Of a DNA stretch of 64,000 nt, positions 12,838 to 26,763 are shown piece after piece. The stretch comes from Octopus vulgaris (taxonomy: Eukaryota). Position numbers and translations under genes: made by a program. The notes beneath the pieces are model-generated. The model was not told where the DNA came from and did not search any database. It was given only the letters and a program-made list of their open reading frames with translations. The stretch is from positions 164,548,001 through 164,612,000 of the forward strand of contig OX597816.1 of the NCBI GenBank assembly GCA_951406725.2. Direction: 5' to 3'. Positions within the stretch are counted from its first letter, which is position 1; the number at the start of each line of letters is the position of its first letter.

Positions 12838-13192
12838 GCACATATATTGGTATATTCATATATATTTACATATACGTATGTATATGTATATATGTGTATA
12901 TGTGTGGTGTATATACACACACGCACACGCATACACGCATACAGAAGCCACACATACACACACACACACAGATTCACGCACACATCCATGTGTTTGTGTA
13001 CGTGTGTGTATGCGTGTGTGTATGTGTGTATAAACATACTCACACATACGTATGTAGCGTAAATATGTAACTGTCAATGTCAATTTATGCGCGTACATAT
13101 GCATGCATGCATATTTGTATGCATGTATGTAAACTCAGATGTGCATCAATGTATGTCTGTACGTCACCTTGTCTCTGTGTGCTCGCCACTAT

Positions 13193-13225
<33 letters not shown>

Positions 13226-13363
13226 CATATAGATATACATATATATATATATATACGTGTGTGCACGTGCGTGCATACACAGATGCACGTACATGCATGT
13301 ACGTGCACGTTAGCCACATGCGTGCGAACGCGCGTTCTTTTTCGTGTCTCTCGTTTGATTCAG

Positions 13364-13541
13364 TATAATGTAACCCAAACCACTTTCGCTTCTTCAATAT
13401 CTTTGATGGACAACGATTATTCCATGCCTCCCGAGGCCAAAAATGTGAAGCTAGCGAAAGTGAATGAGATTTTCAAGAGGCTGGTTGGTGCTTCTTCACG
13501 GCCAAACACAAGACTTCTCAATTCGTCAGAGGGAATTCTGG
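13364..13541 (+). CDS. Candidate isolated coding exon of an unidentified gene
   Basis: Pyrimidine-rich acceptor ...TCTCGTTTGATTCAG| and donor G|GTAAGT. One open frame (YNVTQTTFASSISLMDNDYSMPPEAKNVKLAKVNEIFKRLVGASSRPNTRLLNSSEGIL) in unique sequence. No family recognised. Confidence 0.3.
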
Positions 13542-13709
13542 GTAAGTACACATGACGGAACCGCTAGTTAAACGGAGAAAGTTCTCGCCAGAGTTGACCA
13601 TCTCCATTTCATCTTCAACATTTTATATGGCCATACAATTTCATTCATCTCGCTTATTGCACTCTCATTAATCAATCGCTTACCCCCACACTCTTTTCCT
13701 CTTACTCAC

Positions 13710-13714
13710 CTTTT

Positions 13715-13765
<51 letters not shown>

Positions 13766-13897
13766 GTCTTTCTCTCTTTCTTTCTTCCTTTCTTTCTTTC
13801 TTTCTCTCTTTATCTATCGAACTATCTCTATCTATCTATCTATCTTTTTGTCTGTCTATCTATCTGTCTATCTATCTTTGTATCTATCTATCCATCC

Positions 13898-13929
<32 letters not shown>

Positions 13930-13930
13930 G

Positions 13931-13988
<58 letters not shown>

Positions 13989-14029
13989 CATCCATCAATC
14001 CATCTATCTATCTATCTATCCATCAATCC

Positions 14030-14104
<75 letters not shown>

Positions 14105-14149
14105 CATCCATCAATCCATCTATCTATCTATCTATCTATCCATCAATCC

Positions 14150-14240
<91 letters not shown>

Positions 14241-14245
14241 AATCC

Positions 14246-14288
<43 letters not shown>

Positions 14289-14301
14289 CATCCATCCATC
14301 C

Positions 14302-14336
<35 letters not shown>

Positions 14337-14340
14337 ATCA

Positions 14341-14416
<76 letters not shown>

Positions 14417-14420
14417 CTCA
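13710..14420. repeat. (TTTC)n followed by long (TATC)n/(CATC)n
   Basis: Directly visible. Confidence 0.95.
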
Positions 14421-14689
14421 ATCTCTCTCCAGGGCATCCAAAATGTAATATGATGCATTTCAAATTATTATTTTTGTCTTTGTCTCTCTCTCTCTACTTT
14501 TTTCTCTCTCCCTCTGTATTTCTCCCTCCCTCTCTCACTCTCTCTCTCGCCCGCTCGCACGTTCTGTCTCTTTATCTGTATATCTATTTTTCTATTTGTC
14601 AGTCTGCCTCTCTGCCTGTATGTATGTATGCATGCGTTTATGTACGTATGCATGTATGTATATATGTATGTACCATGCATACAGGTATG

Positions 14690-15083
14690 TATCTCATTAT
14701 TCAGTTTATTTCAAGTTTTCTTGTCAATACAGAAAAAAAACAACATTTCTACCTTGGATCCAGGGCTCCTTCATTGGAATTTCATCATCAACAACAGGGT
14801 ATTTTTGATTGTTTGTATGTATGTATGTATGTATGTATGTATGTATGTATGTATGTATGTATGTATGTATGTATGTATGTGTGTATGTATGTATGTACAG
14901 AGTTGTATGTTTTATGTATGTATTCTCATGCATATAGTTGCATATCTAGACATGCTCATATATATTTAAATGATAAACTTCTAGAGAGTTTTACAGATTT
15001 TTACAGTTCCAGTGATTTATTGGATCTCTAGTCTTCGAATTAGCTTTCTCCTTTCTGGCTTTGAGAAGCCTAATTTCTCAAGA
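14690..15083 (-). mobile_element. R4/Dong-like LINE 3' fragment
   Basis: LEKLGFSKPERRKLIRRLEIQ plus 3' UTR. Homologous to 15743-16285. Bounded by (TATG)n. Confidence 0.7.
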
Positions 15084-15289
15084 TGTATGTATGTATGTAT
15101 GTATGTATGTATGTATGTATGTATGTATGTATGCATGTATGTATGTATGAATGCATGCGTGCGTGCATAGATGTATGTGTGTGTGTCTGTGCGCGTATGC
15201 ATCTGTTATTCACTTTCTCTCATTCTCTTCCTCTTTATTTCTATCTATCTATCTGGAAAATAATCTATTTAACCTATTTCTTTCAGAAT

Positions 15290-15346
<57 letters not shown>

Positions 15347-15713
15347 AATACACATGAACACACACATTCACGCACTCACATACACACACACACACACATA
15401 TTCACTCACCCACATATACACACATACACGTGTTAATGCACAAATAAAGAATATTTATCCACCAAATGCGGTGTTGAGCTCTCGTTCTTACTATTCGATG
15501 CTGGCGAGTTTACGTCCCTGTAACTTAGCGGTTCGGCAATAGAGACCGATAAAATAAGTACTATGCTTACAAAGAATATGTCCTCGGGTTGATTTCTTCG
15601 ACTAAAAAGCGGTGCTCCAGCATGGCTGCAGTCAAATGACTGAAACAAATAGAAGAATACATACATTCATTCATACATACATACATACATACATACATAC
15701 ATACATACATACA

Positions 15714-15742
<29 letters not shown>

Positions 15743-15744
<2 letters not shown>

Positions 15745-16285
15745 CCGTCGGAAAGATAATCCCGAGGACAAAGAAATAAGAACCCGCAGTATGGTAGAAG
15801 CCATAGCTACTCATAATAAAAAGGAATACTGGTGTAATATCTCAGTGAAGACCTCAATGAAATGTAAGCACAAGAGACCTGATATAATGATTTGGGATTG
15901 AGAAGAGAAACTGTGCACAGCTTTGGCAATTAGCTGCCTAGTGGATGTTGACATAAAGCTGAAGATCAGTGAAAAAGAGAGCACTTGTGCTGAACTATTG
16001 TGAAGTCTGAAGTTACTCTCTATCCGGATTACAAGTTCAAGCTTTTACCTGTAATTATTGATATCCTGGGATATGTAACAAACTGCCTAAATACCAATCT
16101 TGAGAAACTAGGCTTCTCGAAATTAAAAAAGAGAAAGCTATTTCGAAGACTAGAGATCCAATAAATCACCGGAACTGTAAAAATCTGTAAGACTTTCCAG
16201 AAGTTTATCATTTAAATATATATGAGCATGTCTAGACATGCAACTATATGGATGGGAAAACACACATAAAATATACAAATCTGCA
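15743..16285 (+). mobile_element. R4/Dong-like LINE 3' fragment (restriction-like endonuclease domain)
   Basis: Degenerate KHKRPDIMIWD...ISC...KISEKE...LYPDYKF..PVII..LG...GTVKICKTF. (CATA)n on both sides. Confidence 0.75.
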
Positions 16286-16559
16286 CATACATACATACAT
16301 ACATACATATATACATACATACATACATACACACACACATGTATACATACATGCATGCGTACGTACTTACATACGTACGTACGTACATTCATACATACGT
16401 ACATGCATACATACATTCATACATACATACGTACATACATTCGTGCATGCCTACATATATACATACATGCATACATACAAACATACATACATACATGTGT
16501 AGGTATGTGCTTGTGTGCGTGTGTGTTTATGTATAGGGTAAAAGGCGCCCTACACCTGC

Positions 16560-16840
16560 GAAATAAGCGTAAGACCACCCAGCCTGGCAAAGCTGTTCCA
16601 ATAGTGTTGTAACCTCCTACGAGCCATAAAGGATTGCAGGGGCGTATAGAAAAGGCAAAGTGCGCAAGTCCAGACCCAACTTCTCGCCTTCACTCCCAGA
16701 AGTCCACTTGTGCCCGCCCTGCAGCAAAAACCCTCCGAGGACGCGTCAAACCGATTGGCCACGGCCGGACACATCGTGCTCCATTTTATTCTCCCATGTG
16801 ATGCCCTTAGTCATCGTCGACAACGACAGACGAACTGCTG
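16560..16840 (+). mobile_element. RTE-clade LINE 3' end
   Basis: Frameshifted C-terminal zinc finger (CPPCSK...GHGRTHR) and tail GTCATCGTCGACAACGACAGACG. Confidence 0.55.
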
Positions 16841-17139
16841 ACGGTTAAAAGAATGTTTTAGCACACTCACGGATGAACCCGAAACCTATTTTGCGAATCA
16901 AAACTTCTTTAACACTACGTCCATAACAACAAAATGAAAACCACAACAACTGGCACAGTTGAACACTCTCAACGCCAAAACATCACCACAACCACTACCA
17001 CCACCACCACCACCACCATCATTGCCAGTACTACCATCACCACCACCACCACCATCACCATCAACACCATCACCACCGGTCCACTGTCTCTACGACCATC
17101 ATTAATGGCATAACCAATGAGCTTGCTGTATATATAAAA

Positions 17140-17185
<46 letters not shown>

Positions 17186-17315
17186 CTTATATAGATATAA
17201 AGATATGACCGTATGTATAGACATGTTTGCGACATCAGTGAAATATTTTGTTGCAGGATTTTAGAAATTGGAAAATATGCAATTGTAGCAGCAGCAGCAG
17301 TCGCAGCAGCAGCAA

Positions 17316-17370
<55 letters not shown>

Positions 17371-17889
17371 CTCAAGTCGACTCTGGCATAGTAAATGAAC
17401 TAATGACGTTACAGCCAGGGCCATCCCGTCTTCTACAAAATTGATGTGTCCTTCCCTTCTTTTATTTTAAAGAAAGCATGATCGGAATAAAGGAAGGCTT
17501 TGCTGCTATTTCTTGTAAGCCGAGCATCCACGAAGAAGTTACGTTGTTTAATGATGGTGATGTTAGTGGCGTTTCGGACGATGTTGGTGCTGGTGGTGTA
17601 GGTGATAGCAGTTGTGGTGTTGGTGATAGTGGTTGTAATAGTAGTGTTGGTGTTGGTGTTGGCGGTGATGGTGTTGAGGGTGAGCTGGTATCGATGGCTT
17701 TGATAGTGTTGTGCTAGTCTTACCGACAATCCGGTGATGGTGGTGGTGGTGGCATTGGCATTAATTAGGGTTTCAAATTTTGGCACAAGGCCAGCAATTT
17801 CGGTGGTGAGAGATAAGTCGATTACATCGACCCCAATGTTACACCGATACTTACGTCATCGATCCCGCAAAAATGAAAGGTAAAAAAGG

Positions 17890-18282
17890 TGGCGAGCTAG
17901 CAGAAACGTTAGCCTGCTGGGCGAAATGCTTAGTGGTATTTCTTCTGTCGTTACGTTGTGAGTTCAAATTCCGCCGAGGTCGACTTTGCCTTTCATCCTT
18001 TCGGATTCGATAAATTAAGTATCAGTTACGCACTGGGGTCGATATAATCGACTTAATCCCTTTGTCTGTCCTTGTTTATCTTCTCTGTGTTTAGCCCCTT
18101 GTGGGTAGTAAAGAAATAGGTATTTCAAACTCCGCCAAGGTCGACTTTGCTTTTCATCCTTTCGGTGTCGATAAATAAAGTACCAGTTACGCACTGGGGT
18201 CGATGTAATCGACTTAATCCCTTTGTCTGTCCTTGTTTGTCCCCTCTATGTTTAGCCCCTTGTGGGCAATAAAGAAATAAGA
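17890..18282 (+). mobile_element. SINE family N, partial tandem dimer
   Basis: Same core as 3135-3550. It sits inside an older, oppositely oriented family N copy. Confidence 0.78.
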
Positions 18283-18419
18283 ATGAAAGGTAAAATCGAC
18301 CACGGCCAAATCTGTGTTTGTATTAATATTGATTTCAATTTTTAGCACAAGGCCAGCAGTTTTGGGGGATGGGGTACGCCAAGTAAACCGGACCCTGTAC
18401 TCAACTAGTATTTATTTTA

Positions 18420-18801
18420 TCTCTCTCTATATAAACGGCAGTTTGTCTGTGTGTGTTTCTGTGTGTCTGTTTGATTGTACCCTCACTCTGACCACGGCTT
18501 TCAACCGATTCTGATGAAACTTGACACACACATAGCCCAATGTCATAATTCAAAACTAACGCAGCGAAAATTTTGAAAAGTTCCCCTAGTTCTGAAAAAA
18601 TCGATAAATTCGACATGGGGTCGAGAATCAGAAACACAAACCACAGACTGTCTAGTGGACGCAACTCCACCTTTTTAACTCTCAAAAAAATTTACCATAA
18701 TTTTTTTCCCATTTTTTTGCTATATTTTGGCTATAACTATCTAAAAATGCTTTATAGTTATTTCCCTTACAAACCCGAGCAATGCCGGGCGTTACTGCTA
18801 G
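18420..18801 (+). mobile_element. Non-autonomous Helitron
   Basis: A|TC 5' end, CTAG|T 3' end, subterminal hairpin CCCGAGCAATGCCGGG, no TSD. Removing it restores the SINE N sequence TATTTTA|TCAACAATGAAAGGATGAAAGGC. Confidence 0.88.
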
Positions 18802-18914
18802 TCAACAATGAAAGGATGAAAGGCAAGATCTGCCTCAGAACGTAAAAACGGACGAAATACCGCTAAGTATTTGGTCCGGCGTGCCAACGATTCTGCCAGC
18901 TCGCCACCTTAATG

Positions 18915-19198
18915 CGTTGATTGTTCCTTCTCGAGACACACCTGGCTCATAAGGGTCGGTTTCCCGGTTTCCTTGGCGTATAGGTTCCCCACCTGGACGG
19001 GACGCTGGTCCGTCGCAGGTGGGCTGCAAGATGCAGTAGGCAAGAGTGAGAGAAAGTTGTGGCGAAAGAGTCAGCAGAAGTTCCGCAGAAGATGTGTGTG
19101 TTTCGCTCATAAACACACACATCGCCCGGTCTGAGATTCGAACCCGCGAACCCTCGACCGCGAGACTGCTGCTCTAACCACTAGGCCATGTGCTTCCA
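18915..19198 (-). mobile_element. SINE with family-B head and family-C tail
   Basis: Head like 51060 leftwards. Tail GGAAACCGACCCTTATGAGCC like the trimer units. A second copy lies at 56055-56352. Confidence 0.7.
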
Positions 19199-19468
19199 CA
19201 CCTTAACTTTCCGGACAACCCAATATATGTGTACTTCACAAATACACCTAACCTTAGCGTAGTTCTCTTGGAGATTCAGCGTGACAGAATGTGATACAAG
19301 TGGCCGTTTGAAATACAAGTGCACCTCGTTTTTGCCAGCTGAGTGGACTGGAGCAACGTGAAATGAAGAGTCTTGCTCAAGAACACAACGTGCCATCAAG
19401 AATACAGACTCACAACTTTCCGATCATGAATGGGAATCCCTAACCACAAAGCCACGTGACTTAAAACA

Positions 19469-19551
<83 letters not shown>

Positions 19552-19869
19552 GCATACGCACACATAGATATATCCACAATAACCATGAGGATATACGCGT
19601 GAATATGTACATATATGTATGCATATTGTTGACCTCATAAGAATTTTAAAACATTCGAGGGAACCTGAAATAATTAATAATTGGAACAGCGGATCTCGAT
19701 GCACGTAAACCTATAAATGATGACGCGTAAATATCAAAAGGATTTGTTTCCAACCCAATATTTACCTGTTGTTATTTATAGCTTTAAGTGATGTGCTTCG
19801 AGATACACCAACATTTCAAAACACTTAAACACACACACCACCACCACCACCACCACTCTTTCTTCCGTG

Positions 19870-20129
19870 TAGTCGCTCTGTTACTCTTTTACTTGTTTCA
19901 GTCATTTGACTGTGGCCATGCTGGAGCACCGCCTTTAGTCGAGCAAATCGACCCCAGGACTTATTCTTTGTAAGCCTAGTACTTATTCTATCGGTTTTTT
20001 TTTTTTGCCGAACCACTAAGTTACGGTGATGTAAACACACCAGCAAAGGGGACAAACACAGACACGCTGAGGGGACAAACACAGACACGCTGAGGGGACA
20101 AACACAGACACGCTGAGGGGACAAACACA

Positions 20130-20190
<61 letters not shown>

Positions 20191-20982
20191 GCATACGCAC
20201 ACATAGATATATCCACAATAACCATGAGGATATACATATATATACGACGGGCTTCTTTCGGTTTCCGTCTACCAAATCCACTCACAAGGCATTGGTCGAC
20301 CTGAGGCTATAGTAGAAGACGCTTGCCCAAAGTGCCACGCAGTGGGACTGAACCCGGAACCATGTGGTTGGTAAACAAGCTACTTACCACACAGCCACTC
20401 CTACGCCTGCAATATCCTATTCCACATAGTATCCACCACAGGCGATCCTAACCAAAATTATTCCCGATAAAATATATATCATTGGTTCTTTATGCGTTTT
20501 TTTTTAATACTAAAAATGCACATTAAAAGTGCAATATTTTCTGCTTCTTTATCACCGACCACCATTTTTTTTATATTTGAATACTCTTTTTTTTTTTTTT
20601 TTACTCTTTTTACTTGTTTCAGTCATTTGACTGCGGCCGTGCTGGAGCACCGCCTTTTAGTCGAGCAAATCGACCCCCCCGGGACTTATTCTTTTTTTGT
20701 AAGCCCAGTACTTATTCTATCGGTCTCTTTTGTCGAACCGCTAAGTGACGGGGACGTAAACACACCAGCATCGGTTGTCAACCAAGGCTAGGGGGACAAA
20801 CACAGACACAAAAATAGACACACACACACACATATATATATACATATATACGACAGGCTTCTTTCAGTTTCCGTCTACCAAATCCACTCACAAGGCATTG
20901 GTCGGCCCGGGGCTATAGCAGAAGACACTTGCCCAAGATGCCACGCAGTGGGACTGAACCCGGAACCATGTGGTTGTTTACG

Positions 20983-21032
<50 letters not shown>

Positions 21033-21175
21033 TTTGTAAATTTATTTATTTGTTTGTTTATTTTTGAGTTTGATTATCGAAGACACGAAAACTGCGTCTC
21101 CCCAGAGAGAAGAGCTCTCCTCGATAAAATTACGTTCGGCTGAGTGGACAGAGAAATTGAGGACAGTCACGTATT

Positions 21176-21222
<47 letters not shown>

Positions 21223-21288
21223 TTTGAGGGGTGGTTCACAGGTCAGCTAAATGGTAGTTAGGGGTGAGTTAGGGACGTAGCAAAGACA

Positions 21289-21338
<50 letters not shown>

Positions 21339-21479
21339 TCTCTCTCTCTCTCTCTCTCTCTCTCTGCACCCCGCCGACCGTTTTCTGCAGTTCCTTTGAT
21401 CATGTGGCAGCAAATTTGGCGTTAATCATCGTTTAATGCATTGACTTCTACACACACACACACACACACACACACATCC

Positions 21480-21529
<50 letters not shown>

Positions 21530-21955
21530 GGGTGCTGAAAAATTCCTGGCTTTGGATAAAAGAAAGTACAGGAGGATCAGTTAATTATGATTTTATTTAA
21601 CATATTTCCCTCTCAGATTTACACACTTATTGCAGCAGTCCTTCAGTTTCTCTAAGCCCTGTAGAAGAACTTGGAAGGATGGGCCTTCAGCCAGGCCTTT
21701 AATGATATCCTTAAAGCAAGGAACTTTTCAGTGTCCCCTTGTATATGTATATATATATATTGACACTTTTGTTTCAGTCATTTGACTGTGGCCATGCTGG
21801 AGCACCGCCTTTAGTCGCCCAAATCGACCCCAGGACTTATTTTTTGTAAGCCTAGTACTTATTCTATCGGTCTGTTTTGCCGAACCGCTAAGTTACGGGG
21901 ACGTAAACACACCAGCATCGGTTGTCAAGCGATGTTGGGGGGACAAACACAGACA

Positions 21956-22041
<86 letters not shown>

Positions 22042-22400
22042 ATTATACATATATACGACGGTCTTCTTTCAGTTTCCGTCTATCAAATCCACTCACAAGG
22101 CTTTGGTCGGCCCGAGGCTATAGTAGAAGACACTTGCCCAAGGTGCCACGCAGTGGACTGAACCTGGAACCATGTGGTTGGTAAGCAAGCTACTTACCAC
22201 ACAGCCACTCCTACGCCTTACATGCATACATACATATGACGGGATACAATAGGCTTCTTTCAGTTTCTGTCTACCAAAATCCACTCTCATGGCTTTGGTC
22301 GACCCGAGTTAATTGTAGAAGACGCTTGCCAAAAGTGCCATGCAGTGGGACTGAACCTGGAACCATATGATTGAGAAGCAGACATTTTTCCACACAGCCA
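19870..22400 (-). mobile_element. Cluster of SINE family A copies (about 19870-20410, 20600-20975, 21765-22220, head only 22250-22400)
   Basis: Reverse-complement matches to 1824-2240. Confidence 0.82.
21525..21741. mobile_element. Mariner-type MITE
   Basis: Imperfect TIRs GAGGGGGTGCTGAAAAATTCCTGGCTT / AAGCAAGGAACTTTTCAGTGTCCCCTT. Confidence 0.6.
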
Positions 22401-23545
22401 TATATATCTTATTGGGAAAGGTGAATTTCGAAGCAGATAAAACTATATACAACAGCGTGTAAATATTGGATTTTTAAAAAAAAAGCCAGTTGAATAGAAA
22501 AAGTCACGGGCTGCCCGTGGGACACCAAGTCCACATCTTCTGTTAGTATGACGGACGTACTACCACTTGACCAAAACATTTATTTGTATTTTATGCTCTA
22601 TTTTAGAAACTTGATCCTTTCCAGCGAGAACTGTATGTCGTTGAAATCATCATTTCAAGATATTCTTTTATTCTTTTATTCTTTTATTTGTTTCAGTCAT
22701 TTGACTGCGGTCATGCTGGAGCACTGCCTTTAGTCGAACAAATGGACTTATTCTTTGTAAGCCTAGTACTTATTCCATCGTCCTCTTTTACCGAACCGCT
22801 AGGTTACGGGGACGTAAACACATATAAACATTTGGTAGAAAGAAGCCCATAGTATATGTGTGTGTGTTTGTATGTGCGCGCGTGTGTGTGTTTGTGTGCG
22901 CGTGTGTATGCGTGTGTTTGTATCTGTGTTTCTCCTCTCACCTTCGCTTGACAACCGATGTTGGTGTGTTTACGCCCTTGTCGCCTAGCGTCTCGGCAAA
23001 AGAAACCGAAAGAATAAGTACTAGGCTTACAAAGAACAAGTCCTGGGGTCAATTTCTTCGACTTAAAGGTGCTGCTCTAGCATGGCCGCAGTCAATTGAC
23101 TGAAACAAGTAAAAGAATAAAATAAAATAATGTCAATATTGATGGAATGCAAAAATGAGGCGGCGGGTACAACCATCGTTATGGCACCGGTTAAATGCTT
23201 GGCGGTATTTCGTATATCTTTACGTTCTGCGTTCAAATACCACTGAGGCCGAATTTACCTTTCATCCTTTCGGGGTTGAAGAAATAAGTATCAGTCGAGC
23301 ACTGTGGATCGATGAAATTGACTATTCCCCTCTCTCCCAAATTCCAGGCCTTGTACCTATAGTAAAAATTATTACTATGCTCCATGTGATTATATCCTTC
23401 CGTGTTCGATCTACAGAACGAAGTACCAGTCGTACTGAGCTCGATATAATCGTGTGGGTCCCCCACCCACCCCAACTACTAAATTTCTGTCCCTTTGGTT
23501 TATGTAAGAAACCTTTATTATTGCTATACTCTTTACTGCCCAGCT

Positions 23546-24126
23546 TATTACTTCCGCCTTAACGAAGGCAGAGGTATTGTTTTCAGTCGTGTTTGTTTGC
23601 TTGTCTGTCCGTGGACAAGATATCTCAAGAACCACTGGATGGATCCGGATGAAACTTTCAAGGATGTCTGGTCACGTGACTGGCACAAACTGATTGAATT
23701 TTGGGATCGATCTGGTATCGGACAAAAATTCTGGATTATTTGTTATATTTACGTTACATGATTACGATCTTACGTTAACTTTCAAGTCTTTCTCAGTTAT
23801 CTCCCTGTAATTATTTTGAATGGGGAATTTGTTAACTTTGGCTTGTATTAGATGTGGATGAACTATTTATTACAGTTACTAAATCTTCTACATTTACCTT
23901 CACATTCTATGACTACCATTGGGATCGATCAAGTACCGGACAAGGATTCTGGATTATTTTCCCGTTTTTTTTTTTTTACTTAATTTTTGAGAGCGGTTGG
24001 GTTCGTTTTTAGTATTCTCGTTTGTGTCAAGTTTATTTCAGACATTCTCATTTTAAAAATCATCTCTGGCTGAGAGGACGTTGGTGTTGCCTTGGCGGAG
24101 GTTTGCGCTCTCTCAGTGCTCTTGTT
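23546..24126 (+). mobile_element. Helentron-associated non-autonomous element (HINE/DINE-1-like)
   Basis: 5' TACTTCCGCCTT..AAGGCAGAGGTA sub-TIR palindrome, GTTT/GTCT microsatellite, 3' sub-TIR GGCGGAGGT followed by a small hairpin, T-rich ends. Confidence 0.72.
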
Positions 24127-24208
24127 TCAAATTATTTTTCTGTGATTACTATGCTTCAGCTACATTAATATCCATTTGCTCCTTATTGCAATCCTTTAAG
24201 ACGTTTTA

Positions 24209-24460
24209 CGTGGAGGCGCGTGGCTTAGTGGTTAGGGTGTCAGCATCATGATCGTAAGATTGTGGTTTCGATTCCTGGACCGGACGACGCGTTGTGTTCT
24301 TGAGCAAAACACTTCATTTCACGTTGCTCCAGTCAAACTCAGCTGGCAAAAATGAGTAATGCGTCCCGTCCAGCTGGGGAACACATACGCCATAGAAACC
24401 GGGAAACCGGGCCCTTATGAGCCTGGCTAGGCTTTAAAAGGGCGCATTTATTTATTTTTA
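24209..24460 (+). mobile_element. SINE family C monomer
   Basis: Matches the trimer unit. TSD TTAAGACGTTTTAC on both sides. Confidence 0.85.
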
Positions 24461-24556
24461 TTAAGACGTTTTACATACGACGTGATAGCGTAAGGATACC
24501 AATACACTATGTGTGTGTGTGTTACAGTGTGTGTGTGTGAGAGAGAGAGAGAGAGG

Positions 24557-24611
<55 letters not shown>

Positions 24612-24862
24612 AATATTAAAGGTTTACTGTATGCGTAAATAGATTTTTATAAAGCTGAAGCATAGCTGAGAATTGGTTAACAGCTGGTGCCTTGTGTGTG
24701 TGTGTGTGTGTGTGTGTGCAGCATGCGTGGAAGTGTACGGTTGTTTGTGTATGTTGATGATTGACATTGTAAAGGATGGAGTGCTGATGGAACCGATATG
24801 TAAGACAGAGAGCGAGCGAGAGAGAGATAGAGAGAGGCAGGCAGATAGATAGTGTAATAGAA

Positions 24863-24905
<43 letters not shown>

Positions 24906-24926
24906 GATAGACAGACAGACAGATAA

Positions 24927-25011
<85 letters not shown>

Positions 25012-25043
25012 TAGATAGATAGATAGACAGGCAGACAGATAGA

Positions 25044-25075
<32 letters not shown>

Positions 25076-25084
25076 TAGATAGAT

Positions 25085-25135
<51 letters not shown>

Positions 25136-25136
25136 C

Positions 25137-25175
<39 letters not shown>

Positions 25176-26024
25176 CAGATAAAATACAGTGTACATTTAA
25201 ACACATTAAAAGGTTTCCATCATAGGAATCCCTTACGCTAGAAGGAATAGCCAAAGTCCAAACTACTAATTAGTCTGTCTGTCTGTTTGTCTGTCCCTCT
25301 GCCTGTCTGTACGTATGTGCGTATGTATGTACGTATGTATGTATGTATGTATGTATGTATGTATGTATGTATGTATGTATGTATGTATGCGTATATATTT
25401 GTATGTGTGTGTGTAAACTTGCGCACGCGCACACACACACACACGCTCACACACACATATATATATGTATATATGCATATCAATGAATGTGTGTTTGTGT
25501 GTGGAGAAATAGAGAGGCAGGGAGAGAGAGAGAGCGAGAGAGTGAAAGAAACTGAAAAGGAGAGTGAGAGAGTGAGAGAGAGATGGCGAGAAAGAAAAAG
25601 AAAGGGAGAGAAAGAAGGAGAGAGAGAGAGGGCGGGAGGGGGGAGAGAGAGACAGACAGACAATCAGACAGACAGACAGACACCAGACACATAAAGATGG
25701 CTAAGATAGACAAAGCGGGTAAGTATTGGGTGAGAGTGAAAGAGCGAGGTGGGGGGGTGGTTGGAGGAAGAGAGGGAATGAATAGAAGAGGTGAGTTGAT
25801 TGATGAAGCTTCGAGGTGACGGTCACGGGCCATTGCACCTGTATAGATTCGTCAGTGATGGTCACGATGATAAGGTAGAAGCTAAGTGTCATTTCACCAG
25901 CTGTCCACAATAATTCCAGTCGGTTTCAATCACAAACATCAAGAATAGCTACTAGAGGCTGGCTGGCTCTTAACACATGATTGTCTTGGCGTTCACACAC
26001 ACACACACACATGTATACACAGAC

Positions 26025-26120
<96 letters not shown>

Positions 26121-26485
26121 GCAGATATACATCGTACAAAAATAGATAGACAGATAGACAGATAGATAGATAGATAAGTTTCTTTATTGGCCACACAGGG
26201 CTGCACACAGATGGGACAAGTTACGAGGTAGAGCTTTTCTTTTGGGGGATGAAAAAAACAAAAAACAAAAGAAACAAAAAAAAAAAAAATGGTGGCGTAG
26301 GTTTTCGATCAAAAGGGATCGTAAAAGGGAAAAAAAAGAACAAAAAATAAAATTGAAAAAAGAAAAAAAGGAAAAGGAACAAAAGAAAAGAGAAATGAAA
26401 AAAAAAAGAAAAAAGGGGAAAAAAGGGTAAGAGAAAAAAACGATCAATAGGGATCGTAGATAGATAGATACACAGACAGATAGGC

Positions 26486-26548
<63 letters not shown>

Positions 26549-26714
26549 TAGATAGATTGATAGATAGATAGATAGATAAGCTTATATATATGTATATATA
26601 GATATATGCCTATATGGGCTATCAAATGATCGTATTGACATTTACACATACACACGTCACATGCTCATATACATGTATGCATAAATATATAATCACACAC
26701 ATGTTATGCGCGTG

Positions 26715-26760
<46 letters not shown>

Positions 26761-26763
<3 letters not shown>

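Noticed and set aside
18505-18525. CTGATGAAAC as a hammerhead core
   Set aside because: There is no stem II between CUGAUGA and GAAA. It is part of the Helitron body.
21040-21160. Possible minus-strand terminal exon (acceptor CTCAG, then AATAAA); possible partner exon at about 25840-25900
   Set aside because: The upstream donor is weak and the peptide is unrecognisable. It needs RNA evidence.
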